A stretch of 24,000 nt of DNA from Sediminihaliea sp. (GTDB taxonomy: Bacteria > Pseudomonadota > Gammaproteobacteria > Pseudomonadales > Halieaceae). Under the pieces are notes generated by a model that searched no databases, was not told where the DNA came from, and saw only the letters and a program-made list of their open reading frames with translations. Each line of letters begins with the position of its first letter. The stretch's first letter is position 1. The translations under genes were made by a program, and so were the position numbers. Positions 23,034-24,000 of this stretch are shown piece by piece. Location of the stretch: assembly GCA_965222335.1 (NCBI GenBank), contig OZ244944.1, positions 2,761,688 through 2,785,687 on the forward strand, read 5' to 3'.

Positions 23034-24000
23034 ATGCAGACTGCAGTAAATGAATTCTTGACCCCGCGCGTGATCAATGTCGAAGAGAAGACGAACTCGC
23101 GCGCCCAGGTGACCCTGGAGCCCCTGGAGCGTGGTTTCGGCCACACCCTGGGCAACGCATTGCGTCGCATCCTGCTGTCATCCATGCCGGGCTGCGCCAT
23201 CACCGAAGTCGAGATCGACGGCGTGTTGCACGAGTACAGTGCGCTGGAAGGCGTGCAGGAAGACGTCATCGAAATCCTGCTGAACCTCAAGGGCGTGGCC
23301 CTGGTCATGAACGGCAAGGAAGAAGCCGAGCTGACCCTGAGCAAGAAAGGCGCGGGCGCGGTGACTGCCGGTGATATCCAGGTTGATCACGACATCGAGA
23401 TTCGCAACCCCGATCACCTGATCTGCCACCTCAACGGCAGCTCCGAGATCAACATGAAGCTGACCGTGGCCCGTGGCCGCGGCTATTCACCGGCGGACTC
23501 CCGTGAGAATCCGGAAGAAGAGACCCGCAGCATCGGCCGCCTGCAGCTGGACGCCAGCTTCTCGCCGATCCACCGCGTGTCCTACGTGGTTGAGGCCGCG
23601 CGTGTCGAGCAGCGCACCGACCTGGACAAGCTGGTCCTGGACCTGGAGACCAACGGCACCATCGATCCGGAAGAAGCCATTCGTCGCGCCGCGACCATCC
23701 TGCAGCAGCAGCTGGCGGTGTTTGTCGACCTGGAGTCAGAGTCCGAATCCGAGTCCATCGAGGAAGAGGACGAGGTGGATCCGATTCTGCTGCGTCCGGT
23801 AGACGATCTCGAGCTGACCGTTCGCTCCGCCAACTGCCTCAAGGCGGAGAACATCTACTACATCGGTGACCTGGTGCAGCGCACCGAGGTAGAGCTGCTG
23901 AAGACGCCGAACCTGGGCAAGAAGTCGCTGACCGAAATCAAGGATGTCCTCGCCTCCCGCGGCCTGTCCCTGGGTATGCGCCTGGACAACTGGCCCCCGG
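23034..24000 (+). CDS. rpoA: DNA-directed RNA polymerase subunit alpha (3'-truncated at window edge)
   Basis: Absent from the ORF track because no stop falls in the window. My translation from ATG 23034 is [18 protein letters not shown]...[42 protein letters not shown]...[74 protein letters not shown]. It is collinear with E. coli RpoA to about residue 322. Confidence 0.97.
   Translation, partial: MQTAVNEFLTPRVINVEEKTNSRAQVTLEPLERGFGHTLGNALRRILLSSMPGCAITEVEIDGVLHEYSALEGVQEDVIEILLNLKGVALVMNGKEEAELTLSKKGAGAVTAGDIQVDHDIEIRNPDHLICHLNGSSEINMKLTVARGRGYSPADSRENPEEETRSIGRLQLDASFSPIHRVSYVVEAARVEQRTDLDKLVLDLETNGTIDPEEAIRRAATILQQQLAVFVDLESESESESIEEEDEVDPILLRPVDDLELTVRSANCLKAENIYYIGDLVQRTEVELLKTPNLGKKSLTEIKDVLASRGLSLGMRLDNWPP

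Noticed and set aside
23733-23756. A (Glu-Ser)x4 repeat (GAG TCA GAG TCC GAA TCC GAG TCC) in the RpoA inter-domain linker.
   Set aside because: The NTD-CTD linker is a known flexible, poorly conserved acidic segment. The repeat is short, in-frame and low-complexity, with no sign of phase-variable length. It is a curiosity only.

Overview
This window is the core transcription/translation gene cluster of a GC-rich gammaproteobacterium. The order is rpoC (5'-truncated), guest gene, rpsL-rpsG-fusA-tuf, guest gene on the opposite strand, S10 operon, spc operon with secY and rpmJ, then rpsM-rpsK-rpsD-rpoA (3'-truncated). Of the 34 CDS, 32 are universally conserved housekeeping genes in canonical order, recognised by near-identity to my recollection of the E. 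coli orthologues. I moved seven over-extended ORF-track starts (fusA, rpsJ, rplV, rpmC, rplR, rpmD, rplO). I also added two genes the track misses: rpmJ (38 aa) and rpoA (runs off the window end). The sequence supports three sigma70 promoters with the same TTGAYN-17-TAGAAT architecture and four intrinsic terminators. I found no rRNA or tRNA gene, CRISPR array, transposase or integrase. I also see no multi-gene defence, toxin or other novel system, and this is largely an ordinary housekeeping region. The points worth a second look are modest. (1) Two single-gene guests sit at junctions that are contiguous in Pseudomonas: a signal-peptide protein with an internal tandem duplication between rpoC and rpsL, and a double TM2-domain membrane protein antisense between tuf and rpsJ. 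(2) Two long perfect palindromic hairpins appear to be sequence-related, and each lies 85-100 nt upstream of one guest gene. One of them has duplicated arms and no upstream gene that it would obviously terminate. (3) The rpsJ-rplC spacer is unusually long and structured. (4) The three promoters share initial-transcribed motifs. (5) EF-Tu carries an acidic insertion after the NKxD motif. All functional interpretations are inference from sequence alone.
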